A stretch of 58,634 nucleotides of DNA, filler included, from Diploschistes diacapsis (Eukaryota), in NCBI GenBank assembly GCA_023645945.1. It is 7 parts of 7 records of this genome, joined end to end, with 100 filler letters (N's around TTAATTAATTAA, not from the genome) between each part and the next. Parts side by side here need not be neighbours in the genome. Positions count along the whole stretch, not along the records: positions 1 to 8,307 come from JALAIB010001170.1; positions 8,408 to 16,703 come from JALAIB010001171.1; 5 more parts are not named here. One strand, given 5' to 3'. The position numbers and the translations under genes are program-made. The notes under the pieces are model-generated. The model saw nothing but the letters and a program-made list of their open reading frames with translations, was not told the DNA's origin and made no database searches. Below, one piece after another: positions 1 to 12,036 of the stretch (position 1 is its first letter; the number at the start of each line of letters is the position of its first letter).

Positions 1-360
1 GAGGGGGGACGAGGACTTTTTTTCGGTGGCGAGGACGATGCCATTTGTTGCTGATGAGACGTGTGAGTGATATAATTGAAGGGGGTGAAGGGAGAAGAGG
101 AAAAATGGGGATGGAGACAGAGGGACACAGGGGTGCGGGTACCTTTGATGCCGAGGGAGGTTACGCCCTGGTTGACTGCGTTGAGGGCATATTCTGGATA
201 TTTCAGTACTTTGGATCTAACGTTAGCCTGTCATAGGAGCTATATATACCTATCTGCACCAGCTTTCCACTGTATCATATCAGCTAGCAAGCGCTGCAGG
301 GATCAGATATTCGTACCTGGGCGAAAACGTTGTTAACGAGAACGAGTATCGGTCCGCCAT
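1..360 (-). CDS. PRE8: 20S proteasome alpha-2 subunit, 5' part (truncated by window/contig start)
   Basis: Exons 360-317, 269-250, 193-143 and 50-1 with GT-AG introns splice to [55 protein letters not shown], the canonical alpha-2 N-terminus. Confidence 0.96.
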
Positions 361-871
361 GGTTGTCTGTCTTGGAAGGCGAGGGCGTAGATCAAGGACA
401 AAAGGAAGCCAGAGGAAGGGGATTCAGGGTTGGAATCCAAAGCGAAAAAGGAACACAAGGTTTGAGAGAAAAAGTATGAAAAAATAAACCTATGTTCTCT
501 AATGCTACTCCACGAGCAGGCAGATCGCTACACGCAATTGGAGCTGGGAGCTCTGACGGCACTAACCGCTTTAGAAACGTAGAGCTTCATAGGGCTGAGG
601 GACAGTTCCGGAAGCTGTCTGCCTTAGATGATTGATGGTATGTACGTTTCCTCTTCTGGTGTTCAATGAACAATGCCTTACATTTAGATGCACTGTTTTT
701 TACACGTTCGCTGCTCTCCCTACTCCCCAAGCCAAGGCTACATCTGGATCCTGGCTGAATTTTCCGCCTGTCTTCATTTGTGGCCATTTCCGAATTGAAA
801 TGATATCATTTGTAGTTAATACCAATTCTTATGCGTTAGGAGGACAAGCATCCCACATTTAACCCTTCGTT

Positions 872-2007
872 ATGGATGTCAATACATCCCCCTTCCCAAC
901 ATGGACGTGGCCCGATGCCGCAGCAACTTCCACAGGCAGGGACGACACCGTCAACCTCCACCACCGCGTACCCGGCCACTTCGAAGCCGATGAACCCTCA
1001 ACGTCCACATTGGATTCTCAGCAGCCCCAAAGCCAACCACATGGTACCCAGTCTCAGCCCGACCCTGCCGACCAGGAACGCCACTGGCCCTCTCGCACCT
1101 GCCGCATCTGTCTCGAAACTGTCCCGCCTACATTCCACATGCCCCCCGACTCCCTTCCCTCCTTCCTGCAGTCCCGCAAACCCCGCGTGACATACATTTC
1201 CGAAGACCCTACCCTTGGGCGCTTGATCCGTCCCTGCAAATGTAAGGGCTCGTCCCGCTACGTTCACGAGGGCTGCCTCCGGACATGGAGGCATTCCGAC
1301 GCCGGCTATAGCGTGCGCAACTATTGGTCGTGCCCGACCTGTGGGTTTCGGTACCGCCTGCAGCGACTCGGGTGGGGCAAATTCCTGCGGAGCACCGGTG
1401 TGCAGCTGGGCTTGACAATGGTCATTTTCGTGATCGTGGTGTTCGCGTTGGGGTTCGTCGCGGATCCGTTGATCAGCTTATATGTGGATCCGTATGACAC
1501 AATTGCGTCAGGGATGGGGGGAGTTGGCGACTCAATAGGAGGCTGGCCGGAGGAAAAGGAAGGGTGGACTGAGCATTTTGTAAAGGGTTTCGCGGGTTTG
1601 GGGTTACTGGGGTTTCTGAAGGCGATCCTGGCGATGAGTTGGTGGAATTGGTTGAGAGCCTTTCCCGGCGGAGGGGGTGTAAGGGTGGTGGGGAGTACAG
1701 GGAGGGATAGGGTGCACAGTCTGAACTTTGCGGTTATTTTGATTGGCGCGGGGACTTTTCTTTGGGTGAGTTTTGTTCTCAGTTCATTTCTGTCCATCGA
1801 ATCTCGGATTCGATTGGATCTGCCACTAATTTTGAGTAGACCCTTTACAAAGGCGTCCGTGCGTGGTCCCGGAAGACCCTCGATAGTGTATCCGAGAAGG
1901 TCATGGATGTCCCGCTCGATGATGACGAAGAAGAGTTCGTCGACGAGGATGAAGCAACGCCGAAACAGGAAGCAGGGGGTACATCTACTTTCAACGCGAG
2001 TTCATAG
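872..2007 (+). CDS. RING-CH (RINGv/MARCH-type) membrane-anchored E3 ubiquitin ligase-like protein
   Basis: C4HC3 pattern CRIC...PCKCKGS..YVHEGCL..W...CPTC followed by hydrophobic segments. An intron at 1766-1839 (GTGAGT...CTAAT...TAG) gives an acidic C-terminus ending TAG at 2007. Confidence 0.88.
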
Positions 2008-2289
2008 CATCTCTGTATCCTGGCATCTCTGCTACAAAGTCTTCTCCACTCCACATCTCTCATTAGCAACCTTTCCACTCTTTCGACTGCCTTTTGTTTG
2101 TTCCCTAAACCCTCATTTTCGTCATTGATAAGCAATGCTCTATTCGCCTCTTTCAATTTCTCTCCCTCTCATCTCAAAATATTTATCGTCTCAACTCCCA
2201 CTCCACACAACTCCCATCACCCTTCCCCCTCCATCCCTATCCCTTCTCCCTGTCCCATGATCATTCCATTCTCCTCCCCAACCACCATC

Positions 2290-2632
2290 ACCCGCACCAC
2301 TTAAGTTGTCCAGCCCCATCTGTACCCCACCCCTCTCACCTCACGCGGTGCGGTGCGGTGGGGTGCGGTACAAAAAACCCCTTCCCAAAACGGGGTAATC
2401 AATGGCTCGCCAATTAGTCAGTGTGCGCAGAAAAAAAAAGGGCCCCCTTCATCCCCCCATCGCGGCTCCTTCTGGCGTCCGTATTGGAAACTGGAACTGA
2501 GCGACAGGATGGAGGGGGGATGGCCGCTTCAGACCTTGTTTGTGCCTTGTCCCCTTTCTTGTTTAGAGGAGCCAGCTTAGAGGGGGACTGGGGTAAGCGG
2601 TTCGGCGGTACAGATTTGGAATGTGGTGCGGG
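2290..2632. repeat. Degenerate inverted repeat with internal (GCGGT)n; possible old non-autonomous DNA element
   Basis: CCCGCACCAC...ATCTGTACC at ~2290-2327 is mirrored by GGTACAGAT...GTGGTGCGGG at ~2607-2632. GCGGTGCGGTGCGGTGGGGTGCGGT lies at ~2345-2369. Confidence 0.3.
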
Positions 2633-3118
2633 GGAGGGGGTGGAAGGTTGAAGCAGAATTCTGAGGTGCTTGGAGCGATAGCATGCTGTGCTGGGTGAAT
2701 TCGGCGCGCCCTTGGACGGAAAGGGGCAACGACCTGGGTTGGACGCGCCATGGGATGGCTTTGTATCCCGTGGCCTGGCCTTTTTTTTTTTCGAGCAAAG
2801 TGTGCTGTGGCATGGGTAGGAAAGTGTGTGGGTTCAGGGCCGGTGAGAGATGCTTTTGTAGTGCGTTACGCTGTGGAAGGAGTCGCCCAATCTGTTCCTG
2901 TCTGTTAAAGCAGTTGTTTTTGATATGGTATGTAGTGGCCTCATAATCTTGTAAATGTGCGCGGAAGCACGCCTCTGTAGAATGCTTCGCGCCTGTGATA
3001 TATGTCTAAAGCGCTTCATCTAATTATTATCCATATTTCCCTGAGCCTGCTAATGAGCGTCCAATTCTTGCCCAAGCCTATGGGTAGCCACTTGATGTTG
3101 CCCCCTACCTCATCACAA

Positions 3119-3696
3119 CTACCGCTTGATACTACACCTCTCCAGTGCCTCCCCAAGCTCTGGCCTGTTTTTCAGTGCCTCCTTCGCCTCCGCATACCGC
3201 ATCCATCTCCTCCCCCTCTTATGCTTCTCCGGCCACTCGTTCTCTTCCTTGTCCACGCTCGCTTCAAAGAACTGATATTTTGCCTTGGGCGCATGATGGC
3301 TCATCTCCTGCGGCTTGCGCGGATCAGTGATCATGCCGAGGTCGCGGGTTATCGTCGTGATGATACCGGCTTCCTCCCAGGCCTCCCGCTTGGCTGCATC
3401 CTGGGGCGTTGCCTCGTCGAGCTCCCATCCGCCCTTTGGGAGTACCCATCCACCGCGGCGCACGGATTGTATGAGAAGGATTTCTTCTTTGGTGGTAGAG
3501 AGAGCGATGATGCCGCAGACCAGGCGCTCGCCGGATTCGGAGAAGCCTACAGCAGTTGTGTATTAGTAAGTCTTCATAACGGAAGTTTGGAATATCTCGA
3601 AGGGGCTCGGGAGGATCGAATGCAAGTACCACAGGACAGTATCTTACGCTGGTTGTCGCGACCCGTACGAGCCGTCTTTGGCATTTGGGATGCCAT
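3119..3696 (-). CDS. DDP1: Diphosphoinositol-polyphosphate/Ap6A Nudix hydrolase (Ddp1/Aps1 family)
   Basis: Exon 1 (3696-3648), intron 3647-3547 and exon 2 give MASQMPKTARTGRDNQRFSESGERLVCG...GGWVLPKGGWELDEATPQDAAKREAWEEAG (Nudix box) and WPEKHKRGRRW. Confidence 0.92.
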
Positions 3697-5259
3697 TTCA
3701 ATGCCACTTGGATGTAGACCGTCTTGTTCAAGACAGAGTCTTTAACGCCCTATGCAGCGTGCCTAGGACCGATGAAGTACCTTTGCCAAGTAGAATGCAA
3801 GGCTACCAAAACTCAAGCTGTAAGTACGCAGGCTTGTACGCTTTGCGTGCTTTCTCTGGTCTGCTAACGAATGGCGATTGTAGCGATTTGATGGCAACTT
3901 CCATGGACAAACCCTAATGTCTAGCTAGCAAGCAGAAAGTAGGGCGCCTCTAATGTACGGTAATCCGGCAGGGCAATGCTCACTAGGCAACGGTGTCTCT
4001 TATACAGGCACTGTGGCAGAGCCGGAGTCAAACCAGAAGATCTCACGACTCTGATGTAGCTGGAGAGCTTGATAAGGTGATTGGTTGGTGAGTGATTGAA
4101 AGAGTTTGATCAGAGGATTAATTCCCTTCAGTCCCGAAGGGCTGAAGAGAGAGATGAAGTCCATGGGAGCCAAGAAGAGGAGAGGGAGGTTTTTGGCATT
4201 AAAAATTTTCCCCATTACGGCCAAGCTCCGGCTCATTTATGCCCGCCCATCATCCATGCCATGCGTACATGCCATCCATCGTCTTTCGAGACGTTAGGAC
4301 ATCTATCTCTCATCATCAACATAATTTATCTTGACCTAGCTTCGGAGAGCTGTTTTCTAGAGTTTTTTCCCGAGGACATTGCTATCCACGTTTATGCAGC
4401 TGCTCCCCGTTTGATGCCTTTCTATATCTATCTAGATACCCTTTTTCTGCCAGCATTTTTTGCCGGTGACGCTGCCTTGGACTTCCGCCGACATCGCAAT
4501 GGACTAAACACCGGGGCAAACTCCCCCAATAACGCAAAGGCACACCGACCGACTGTCACCGTCCCTCAGGCGATATTAAAATAAGTAGCCCAGAACCCAG
4601 AACTTTCAGTTTTCAAGATTCTCTCGGGCCCTTTGATTGGGGTTGCAGATTATTCTTAACATCACCTGCCCCTCCACCTCTATCCGACCTTTTTACGATC
4701 TGCGCCCACTACTCTTCCCATACACCGTCGCTGGCCTGAAACATAGGATGAGAAACCAAGCTACAGGTAGACTTAAAGCTCCAATCTGATGCTGCACACA
4801 TGAACCGTACGTCGGGTCCTTCTAGGAACGGATATATTCAGCAAGCTTCGAGAACGGCATCAACGTGGGTATAGGGCAAGCCTGGCACGGCTAGACTTAG
4901 AGCACAAAGAGCGCCAGAGATAGTCTCCACACCCATTCGGGCCACGTACGATTGGGACGCCCAGCAGCGAGGTTGTGACGGTACACCTTGGTCCAAATCA
5001 AGGCCTCTTCGCGACTCTGGCCTTTAGCCTGAAGCCTGTCTCTTTTGCTTGGGAGCTAGCAGACCGCGCTTGACAACGCATCGCGCATCTAAGGCATTGC
5101 AAAAGGCTGAGCGGTGGGTGAGTTGCTGCTTTGGACATAGCGTGCCACAGCTGCCGCGGACTTTAGTGCCATGGCCTCGATTATGAGCCCTCTCGGTGAG
5201 TCCTATCATTCGTGACACCTTAGAGCCTCTTGTTCTACACCGTGGGTTGCTTATTGGAC

Positions 5260-7204
5260 ATGGCCGTTCTTCAACTCTTCTGTTTCAGTGGTGCTCTCGG
5301 TTATGAATGGCCATGCAGACGGTGATCTTAGGGTTTGCTAACTTCTGAAGGCTATCAGTACAACTCCTGCGGGTAAGGCTCCCTACTATCGTAAAATCGC
5401 TGTTGTCCTGATACAGTGGAAGATATTGCAAATCAGACGACGGCAATAAGATCAGATCCCGTATTGCACCTTTCATAGAGTTCTTGTCCTGGAGGCTCAG
5501 GATAAATACTGATCCACATGAAGGTCCAAACTATTATGGTCGTGGTCCGCGAACGGTGAAGCCATTACACTACGAACGACTAGCCGACAGAGGCTGGAGG
5601 AGGTCCGGTTCTACTTATTACAAACCTGATGTCCGCAACGCTTGCTGCCCTCACTACACTATAAGGTCGGCAAGACCTTGTATAGCAGGACGGGCTCGTA
5701 CTAAGCTTTGTAGATTAGATTCTTCTCTATTCAAGGCTTCGAGAAATCACCGCAAAGTCTGCAATCGCTTCACTAAATGGATCGTTGGAAATGAGTACCC
5801 AAGGCAAGCGGCCAAGTTGTGCTCAAAAACAAGAAGGTATTGCTTTTTAAACCTTCAGGATGCGGCGCGTTGCTGACGATCCATAGTGAAAAGAGGCATA
5901 GAAAACAAGAATTTGATATTTTCGAGAGGGTGCATGAACCGGACTACAAGTACATGCAAAGACCTGTCAACCCTGTAAATGGAAAGCCAATAGAGCCAGA
6001 ACATAAGCTGGAGGTGAACATAGAGCAAGACAATTTCACCGAAGAAAAGTGAGCAGCACGTTCAAGACGAGCGAATTACAGGCATGCTGACAAACCCCGA
6101 GATATGCTCTTTTCGCTCATTATCAAGAAGTCGTTCATAAGGAGCCACCCTCAAGGATATCCGAGGGCGGTTTCAGGGGCTTCTTATGCTCCGGAATGCA
6201 TCAAGGAACCTTTGCCGAAGGCGGCAGAGAGCGCAAAATAGGCTCGTTTCACCAGTGTTATAGGATCGATGGACGACTTGTGGCGCTCGGGGTATTGGAC
6301 CTGATGCCGCATTGTGTTAGCTCTGTCTACTTAATGTAAGAGGTCACTAGTATGTACGACTTGTTTCTCTGACTGAAAGCATAGATATCACCAAGACTTC
6401 AATCGGTGGGAATTTGGTAAGCTCAGCGCTTTGCGAGAAATTGCGATGGCGATTGAGGAAGGATATAGGTACTATTACATGGGTAGGTGAACAGCATCTG
6501 TTATCAAGGAAAAGGAGTTGACGGTACTCGCAGGCTACTACATTCATTCATGTACCAAGATGAAGTACAAGCGTGACTTCCGCCCTACCTACGTTCTTGG
6601 TGAGCCAGACGCTAGTTGAAGGTATGGTACAAATTACCTGCTAATGATCTCGAGTAGATCCGGAGTCCTATGAGTGGAATCTCTTTGACGAAGACCTCCT
6701 AACACGGCTGAATAGCAGGAAGTATGTTTCATTATCCCGCGAGCGCAGGCTTGGTATCGCTTCCACCGCCACCGATCCGGAAGAGAAAGGAGGTATGTGC
6801 GCCATGAACGCATGATGCACAAGGTGTATACACCCGTTTCCCTTGTGATTAACGACTGTACAGCGGCGAAGCAAAACTACGAGCAAAATCTCTTCAGCTC
6901 TCGGATGCCAGGTATTACCACACCGGAAGATATCATGGCCAATCTGCGGACCACCGACTTGCGCATTATGCATCGAAAGCAGGTTGTTGCGCTTGGAGTA
7001 AGCCACGCCCAAGGTTGTACTTCTCCCGACGGGCTTTTACTGACATGCTTTCTCCACCAGGGGATGCCATGGGTGCTGGAAGATATGCACGATCCTCGCA
7101 AGCTCCAAGGCGTTCTCGCCGACTTCGTTGCGTGCGTAGGCATCGAGAACGTCAAAGACTGGGTTCTGGCGTTAAGCCACATCTTCGGCGACGAGGACGA
7201 GTGA
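5260..7204 (+). CDS. ATE1: Arginyl-tRNA--protein transferase (multi-exon; start codon and some junctions approximate)
   Basis: Exon pieces GYQYNSCG/YCKSDDG, LADRGWRRSGSTYYKPDVRNACCPHYTIR, GSFHQCYRIDGRLVALGVLDLMPHCVSSVYL, LGKLSALREIAMA..GYRYYYMG and YYIHSCTKMKYKRDFRP are the ATE_N/ATE_C motifs. Confidence 0.92.
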
Positions 7205-7567
7205 GTGGCTTGATACTCACATCGAGGCTGAAGGAAATGTCCAAGCGTCCAATGGGGAGGGGGGGTCACAGCGAGATCCAAGGCAGGTCGGGGAGCGTGG
7301 AAAGAACCCCAAGCAGAGACGGTATTGCCTGTGCTGAATGTTTGCGTGCAATTCGGACTAATAGGGAGAATTTGGCGCTGGTCAGGCGAGATTGTTATTG
7401 CGACTAAGTGTGGAAGAGAGAAAAGAGTAGGCAGACTGCATCGAGATCCCGATCCTTATATTTATGAACTCTTGAGTCTGATATTGTCGATTTCCCTGTC
7501 TTCCTATATCCGCCATAAGCATTCCCCATCATATGGACTTGCCTGCAAGTTTAACCAACTGCTCCCC

Positions 7568-8307
7568 ATGGCCGCAGAAGCAGTAGGAAAGTCGGGAGAG
7601 AAAACACCAGCAACGAAGCCAGACGAACCGACAATATCCACCTCCAGCCAGCCTCGCCTGGCACACCAAAACACAGCTCTCTCGCCTTCATACGACCGGC
7701 CAGCCCTCGATCCTGCAAGGGCGAACAGCAGCACGTCGCCAACGATAACCAACAATAAATCTTCTCGCCCAGCATGCCAGGCATGAACCCAAAGGCACCC
7801 ATTTTTATCTCCTCCTCCTCCTCTTCTTCCCTCTCTTCCTCCTGGTTGCCCGCCAACAGCCTTCGACCCCAACCCCAACCCATCCTCCCCGCTCGCCCCA
7901 ACGTGCCACCCACCCACCACACGCCTTACAATCCTGGGCCCTCTCGCCCCGCTGCAACCCCCGACCACGACCACGCCGTCGCCACGGACCACACCAACAA
8001 CCACCCATATCCTCGAAATCGCCCCGCATACAGCAACGGGCCCAATCACGACCACGTATCCGTCCGGCCGCTGCAACACGCCCGAGCCACTGTCCACGGC
8101 AGGGATGAGCTTCGGACCGCGCACGCAGACGCCAACGGAGCTGGACAGGCACGTATGCCGTCGAGCCCGGCGGCCAACGCATGGGAGCGAGCGCGGTACG
8201 TCTGGGCGAGCAGCGATGCCGTTGCGGGTCTGGACGGAGAGTGGAAGGGCGCTTGCGCGGAGGCTCCTTGGGTCAAGGGCAATGCCACCAATAACCACGC
8301 CACCACC
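7568..8307 (+). CDS. Possible low-complexity Pro/His/Ser-rich protein, truncated at contig end; exon structure unclear
   Basis: Overlapping ORFs (ATG 7568 and ATG 7774) run into the linker. The DNA is GC-rich and coding-like, but I recognise no domain. Confidence 0.3.
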
Positions 8308-8407
8308 NNNNNNNNNNNNNNNNNNNNNNNNNNNNNNNNNNNNNNNNNNNNTTAATTAATTAANNNNNNNNNNNNNNNNNNNNNNNNNNNNNNNNNNNNN
8401 NNNNNNN
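8308..8407. other. Artificial contig linker (44 N + TTAATTAATTAA + 44 N)
   Basis: Six-frame stop spacer flanked by Ns, identical at six positions in the window. Confidence 0.99.
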
Positions 8408-8544
8408 GTTACTAACCTAAGCGCTTCTCCCTCCGGCCGGAACCGAACCGTGTTGCATGCCTCCATCCCGTCCCGCCCCCCGTCCCGAAACTCCATTGCC
8501 CGAAAACCAGAATCCGATAAGACAAAGTTAAAGTCACCTCGACT

Positions 8545-10938
8545 TCACTTCCCTCTCCTACGAGCCATCCTCCGCCTCCCACCTCTTCCCTTGCCTACCA
8601 CCTCCTTCACCTTCACCTCGTTTTCCGCCTCCGCCTCCGCCTCCGCCTCTTCGACGAGGACCTCGGGCTCCTGCTCCACAACCTCCCTCTCCAGATCCTT
8701 CATTCCTCTCGTCCCCCTCACCCTTCCTCTCCCCCTCCTCGTCGCCGCGTTCATCTTCCCACTGCGCACAACCACACGCCTCCCACCCCTCCTCCTCGCT
8801 CCCAGCTCCAACCCCAGATCCACAGCGCTGCTCCCCGCCTTGCCCTTGCCGTTGTCGTCATCGTTAGCGTCCTCTACGTCGTCGGGCCCCAGTTCGCCGC
8901 CGCCGCGCATCTCCACGCTCATGCTCATACTCTCCGCGGCGTCGTCCGCCGCACGCGAAGAAGAAGGGGAAGGCGACGGCGTGCCGTGCGCGGACGAGGG
9001 CGTGTCGTCTTCTTCTTCTCCCTCGTCGTCGTCGTCCGAGACCAAGGACGGGGCGTTGTTCGATTCGAGCGTTTGCGGGGACAGCGTCTGTGGGGTGCGA
9101 TCTTCGGCGGTGGTAGTGGCGCCAGGGAGTGTGGCGACCTGCGCTCTTGTTTGCATACGTGGAAGGGGCGGCGGATACGAGGTCAGCGACGAGGGGTCGG
9201 GTCTTCTCCCACCGCCGCCGCCGCTGCTGCTGGTCGTTCTCTCGAGACCCTTTCTGCTCTTGGGCACGCGGGCGCTGTTGGTGTTGTTAGTGGTGGAAGT
9301 GGAAGTGTTGGCGGGCCCGCCGCGGGTACCGGTGGTGCGGGAGTGATGACGCAACATGGGCATGGCGAGCGGCGCTAGCGTGGGGGCGGATTCCGTTTCT
9401 ACGTCGGAATCGGCGACTTCGGGTTGTCTGTGATTGTTGGGATCGGAGGATTCTTCGACTTCTTCGGCTTCGTCGTCGTCCGAGTCGAAGGGGGCGAAGT
9501 CTTCTTTTCGGGTCGCATCCGACACGGCGGAGGGGAGGTCGGTGGCTTGTTGGAGCCTGGCGAAGAGGGCAGAGAGGTGGGGAACTTGGGTGGCGGGCGT
9601 GAAGGGGGTGGAGGTAGAGAGGTTCTCTGTCTGGGTTGGTGAGGTGGCGGTAACTGTGGAGAAGGTTGGCTTGGAGTTTCGCCTGTTTTTGGTTGCGGGC
9701 ATGGAGACTGTGTGGGGAACCCGAGGGACCATACCGCGTCGGATGAGTGGATGGACGAGGCTGGAGTTGGAGTTGTAGGGATGAGCGGATGAAGGGGCGG
9801 TGGAGGAGTCTGGTGGCGGGACCATGACTTCGTTGGGGTCAATCTCCTGCCCGCATTCTTTTGTTGCGACTTCGTGGCTGGCCAGATTGTGGCTGTGGGC
9901 GATGCGGCAGTGGTTGATGAAACCTTGGGCGCTGTTGAAGTTCTCGCGGTGGCAATTGGGACAGACGAGCTTGACTAGTTTACCATCCGAAACGCGTTTG
10001 AGGATCATAGGACCTTTGTCCTCTTTCGCTTCCGCATATCCTGCCGATAGAGCTTGTGATCGAGATTGAGCACTGCTTCGATGTGTCCGCGCCTTGAGCG
10101 GCGCTACAGCTTTCTCCATCTTGTTGCCCCGAGTGTGGCGGTCGGGGAGAGTCTTTCCTGCTCTGGCGGGCTGACGTACCTCTTCTGCGTATCCCCCATC
10201 GAAGGTTCGGTCGGGCAGCAGCCACTGGGCGTAATGGCGGCTGTAGGGGCCATCTACGACTCCCCATGGCGGAGGCTGATCGGCTAGAGGAATGCCCGGT
10301 ACACTCGGTTGTGGTATGCCTGTGCCATTACTGACATCCAGCATGTCCTGAGGGCTCGACGTCATTGCAGGATAAGGAATGACGGAACACCTTCGCAGCT
10401 GCTCCAGCGCGATCTGGCATTTGGCTATCTCTTGATCGATAAGGCGTAGCTCGTTGTGCTTTAAGAGGATCTCGAGGTCGAACTCGGTCTCAATGACCTG
10501 ACGGAACCTGGTCATTTGGTCGGCCATGTTCCCCGGTGCATGGGGCTGGTCTTTAACATGCGCCTCGCCAGTCTTCTCCACAGCACCGTCGGCAGCTATA
10601 GCCTCGTCTAAATCCATGTTGTCGGAAGGACCCGGTGTTGCCGCGGTAGCTAAGTCTCCATTCCCCGCAAAAACGTTGAAGTTATTCGTCGAAGCCTCGC
10701 CGGACAAACTATTCTTCGCGCTTGGGACTTCCACATGACTCAGATACTGTGGAGTCCGTTTCGCGGGTCTCTGTTGCGACGCGACCGATTGAGTACTCTT
10801 TCCCCGTTTGCGTTTGACGATGCCGGGATTCATGGCTTGTAGCACTCGCGACCTGCACCTTTCCTCCTCTTGGATGCGCACCTTGTCGGTCAAAGGATCA
10901 TGGTCCGACCCAGAAGCCCAGCGTAGAAGCGAGAACAT
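8545..10938 (-). CDS. ADA histone acetyltransferase complex component Ahc1-like protein with C2H2 finger
   Basis: 797-aa ORF with IETEFDLEILLKHNELRLIDQEIAKCQIALEQLRRC coiled coil, PPPWGVVDGPYSRHYAQWL, and LVCPNCHRENFNSAQGFINHCRIAH zinc finger. Confidence 0.82.
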   Translation of the reverse strand: MFSLLRWASGSDHDPLTDKVRIQEEERCRSRVLQAMNPGIVKRKRGKSTQSVASQQRPAKRTPQYLSHVEVPSAKNSLSGEASTNNFNVFAGNGDLATAATPGPSDNMDLDEAIAADGAVEKTGEAHVKDQPHAPGNMADQMTRFRQVIETEFDLEILLKHNELRLIDQEIAKCQIALEQLRRCSVIPYPAMTSSPQDMLDVSNGTGIPQPSVPGIPLADQPPPWGVVDGPYSRHYAQWLLPDRTFDGGYAEEVRQPARAGKTLPDRHTRGNKMEKAVAPLKARTHRSSAQSRSQALSAGYAEAKEDKGPMILKRVSDGKLVKLVCPNCHRENFNSAQGFINHCRIAHSHNLASHEVATKECGQEIDPNEVMVPPPDSSTAPSSAHPYNSNSSLVHPLIRRGMVPRVPHTVSMPATKNRRNSKPTFSTVTATSPTQTENLSTSTPFTPATQVPHLSALFARLQQATDLPSAVSDATRKEDFAPFDSDDDEAEEVEESSDPNNHRQPEVADSDVETESAPTLAPLAMPMLRHHSRTTGTRGGPANTSTSTTNNTNSARVPKSRKGLERTTSSSGGGGGRRPDPSSLTSYPPPLPRMQTRAQVATLPGATTTAEDRTPQTLSPQTLESNNAPSLVSDDDDEGEEEDDTPSSAHGTPSPSPSSSRAADDAAESMSMSVEMRGGGELGPDDVEDANDDDNGKGKAGSSAVDLGLELGARRRGGRRVVVRSGKMNAATRRGRGRVRGTRGMKDLEREVVEQEPEVLVEEAEAEAEAENEVKVKEVVGKGRGGRRRMARRRGK

Positions 10939-11615
10939 GCCATACGATTCTTAATCAGAACTTCGCCTTATCGTGTGTAGTTGAGGGCATCGGAAGTGCT
11001 CCTGGGACTCATGAGAGGTTGCGCAAATAGTCGAAGAGGTGGACCATTCGCGCGCCGGGGCGTTAGAGATGTAGAAAAGTAAATAAGAGTGGCGTGTAGT
11101 AGAGGAGTTCAAGATAAAAGTGATCGTCGTGAATCTAGTGGTGAATCTTGCGCAGGTGCATGCGGATCTGCAAAGTGAGAGAGGGTCAGGGCGCGCACAA
11201 GGGAGAGTGGTTAATGGGGAACTAGGGGACCACGCAACAAAGCCGGTGATAACTGGATGACGTTGGTTAAAACGAGCAGGAAAGCTACAAAAATCTGGAA
11301 GGCGCAAAACGTGCTCAATAGAAAAAAAGGATTGGGTTTTGTTTTATTGTACAGGATGCAAAACTCTTCAAGTTGAGAGTAATCGAAGAAGATCAAACGG
11401 TAAACGGGTAAACGGTCAGGGCCCAGGAGGAAGGAAGGCAAGTAATCAACCATCAGTATCAGTCCTAGTAAAGAAACGTAGAGGATGGGGAAGCGGCTTG
11501 GCATGGGATGTCATTGTTGTCATTGCTGTCGTCACATGATCATCCTTGTGTCATGATGGCTGTCATGATGGATGTGATGTCATCGGCCTTTACGGGGATA
11601 GTTCAACAGCTATAA

Positions 11616-12036
11616 TTGGCCAAGAACGACTTCAATCTACCTGGCCGGCATTCTTGGGTTAACGTTCGGAGACCAGGCACATTTCGGCTTTTTTCCCCAA
11701 GATGGCGTACTTTAACGATTGCACGGACAGCACCAGATATGGATAGAGGCGGGGAAAGCACGATCCCTACCTCACAGAAACTCTAAGAGTGCATTTTTGG
11801 CTATTTGAGGTTCGCCAGCAAACCGTTCAAGAGCAGCTCCGGTTCCGCTGCGATTGTCCTTCTTGTCGTGCAGAACCACCTTTCACGCCCCTTCAACAGA
11901 TCCTCAACCGGGACAGTCCCTTAACAACCGGAACCCAGGAGCCTCCCGCAACTTTCTCAACGACACGCTGAGGCTCATCCGACATTACAAACGAGATGGG
12001 GTCGAAGCGTTCTTCGATACTGCGTACAAATACTAG
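11616..12036 (+). pseudogene. Degenerate SET-domain (fungal SMYD/Set5-like) lysine methyltransferase fragment
   Basis: Across frameshifts and stops, colinear motifs LAKNDF, FFPKMAYFNDC, RTAPDMDRGGESTI.Y, EVRQQTVQEQLRFRCDCPSC (post-SET CxCxxC) and LIRHYKRDGVEAFFDTAYKY. Confidence 0.55.

Noticed and set aside
8352..8363. TTAATTAATTAA recurring at ~8.4-kb periodicity as a biological repeat or CRISPR-like array
   Set aside because: It is a synthetic six-frame-stop spacer inside N runs, and the periodicity reflects size-sorted contigs.
8450..9346. 298-aa plus-strand ORF and other long antisense ORFs (7504-8298, 15313-15963, 33542-34192)
   Set aside because: They are shadow frames of GC-rich, low-complexity or real coding DNA on the opposite strand, with no domain motifs.
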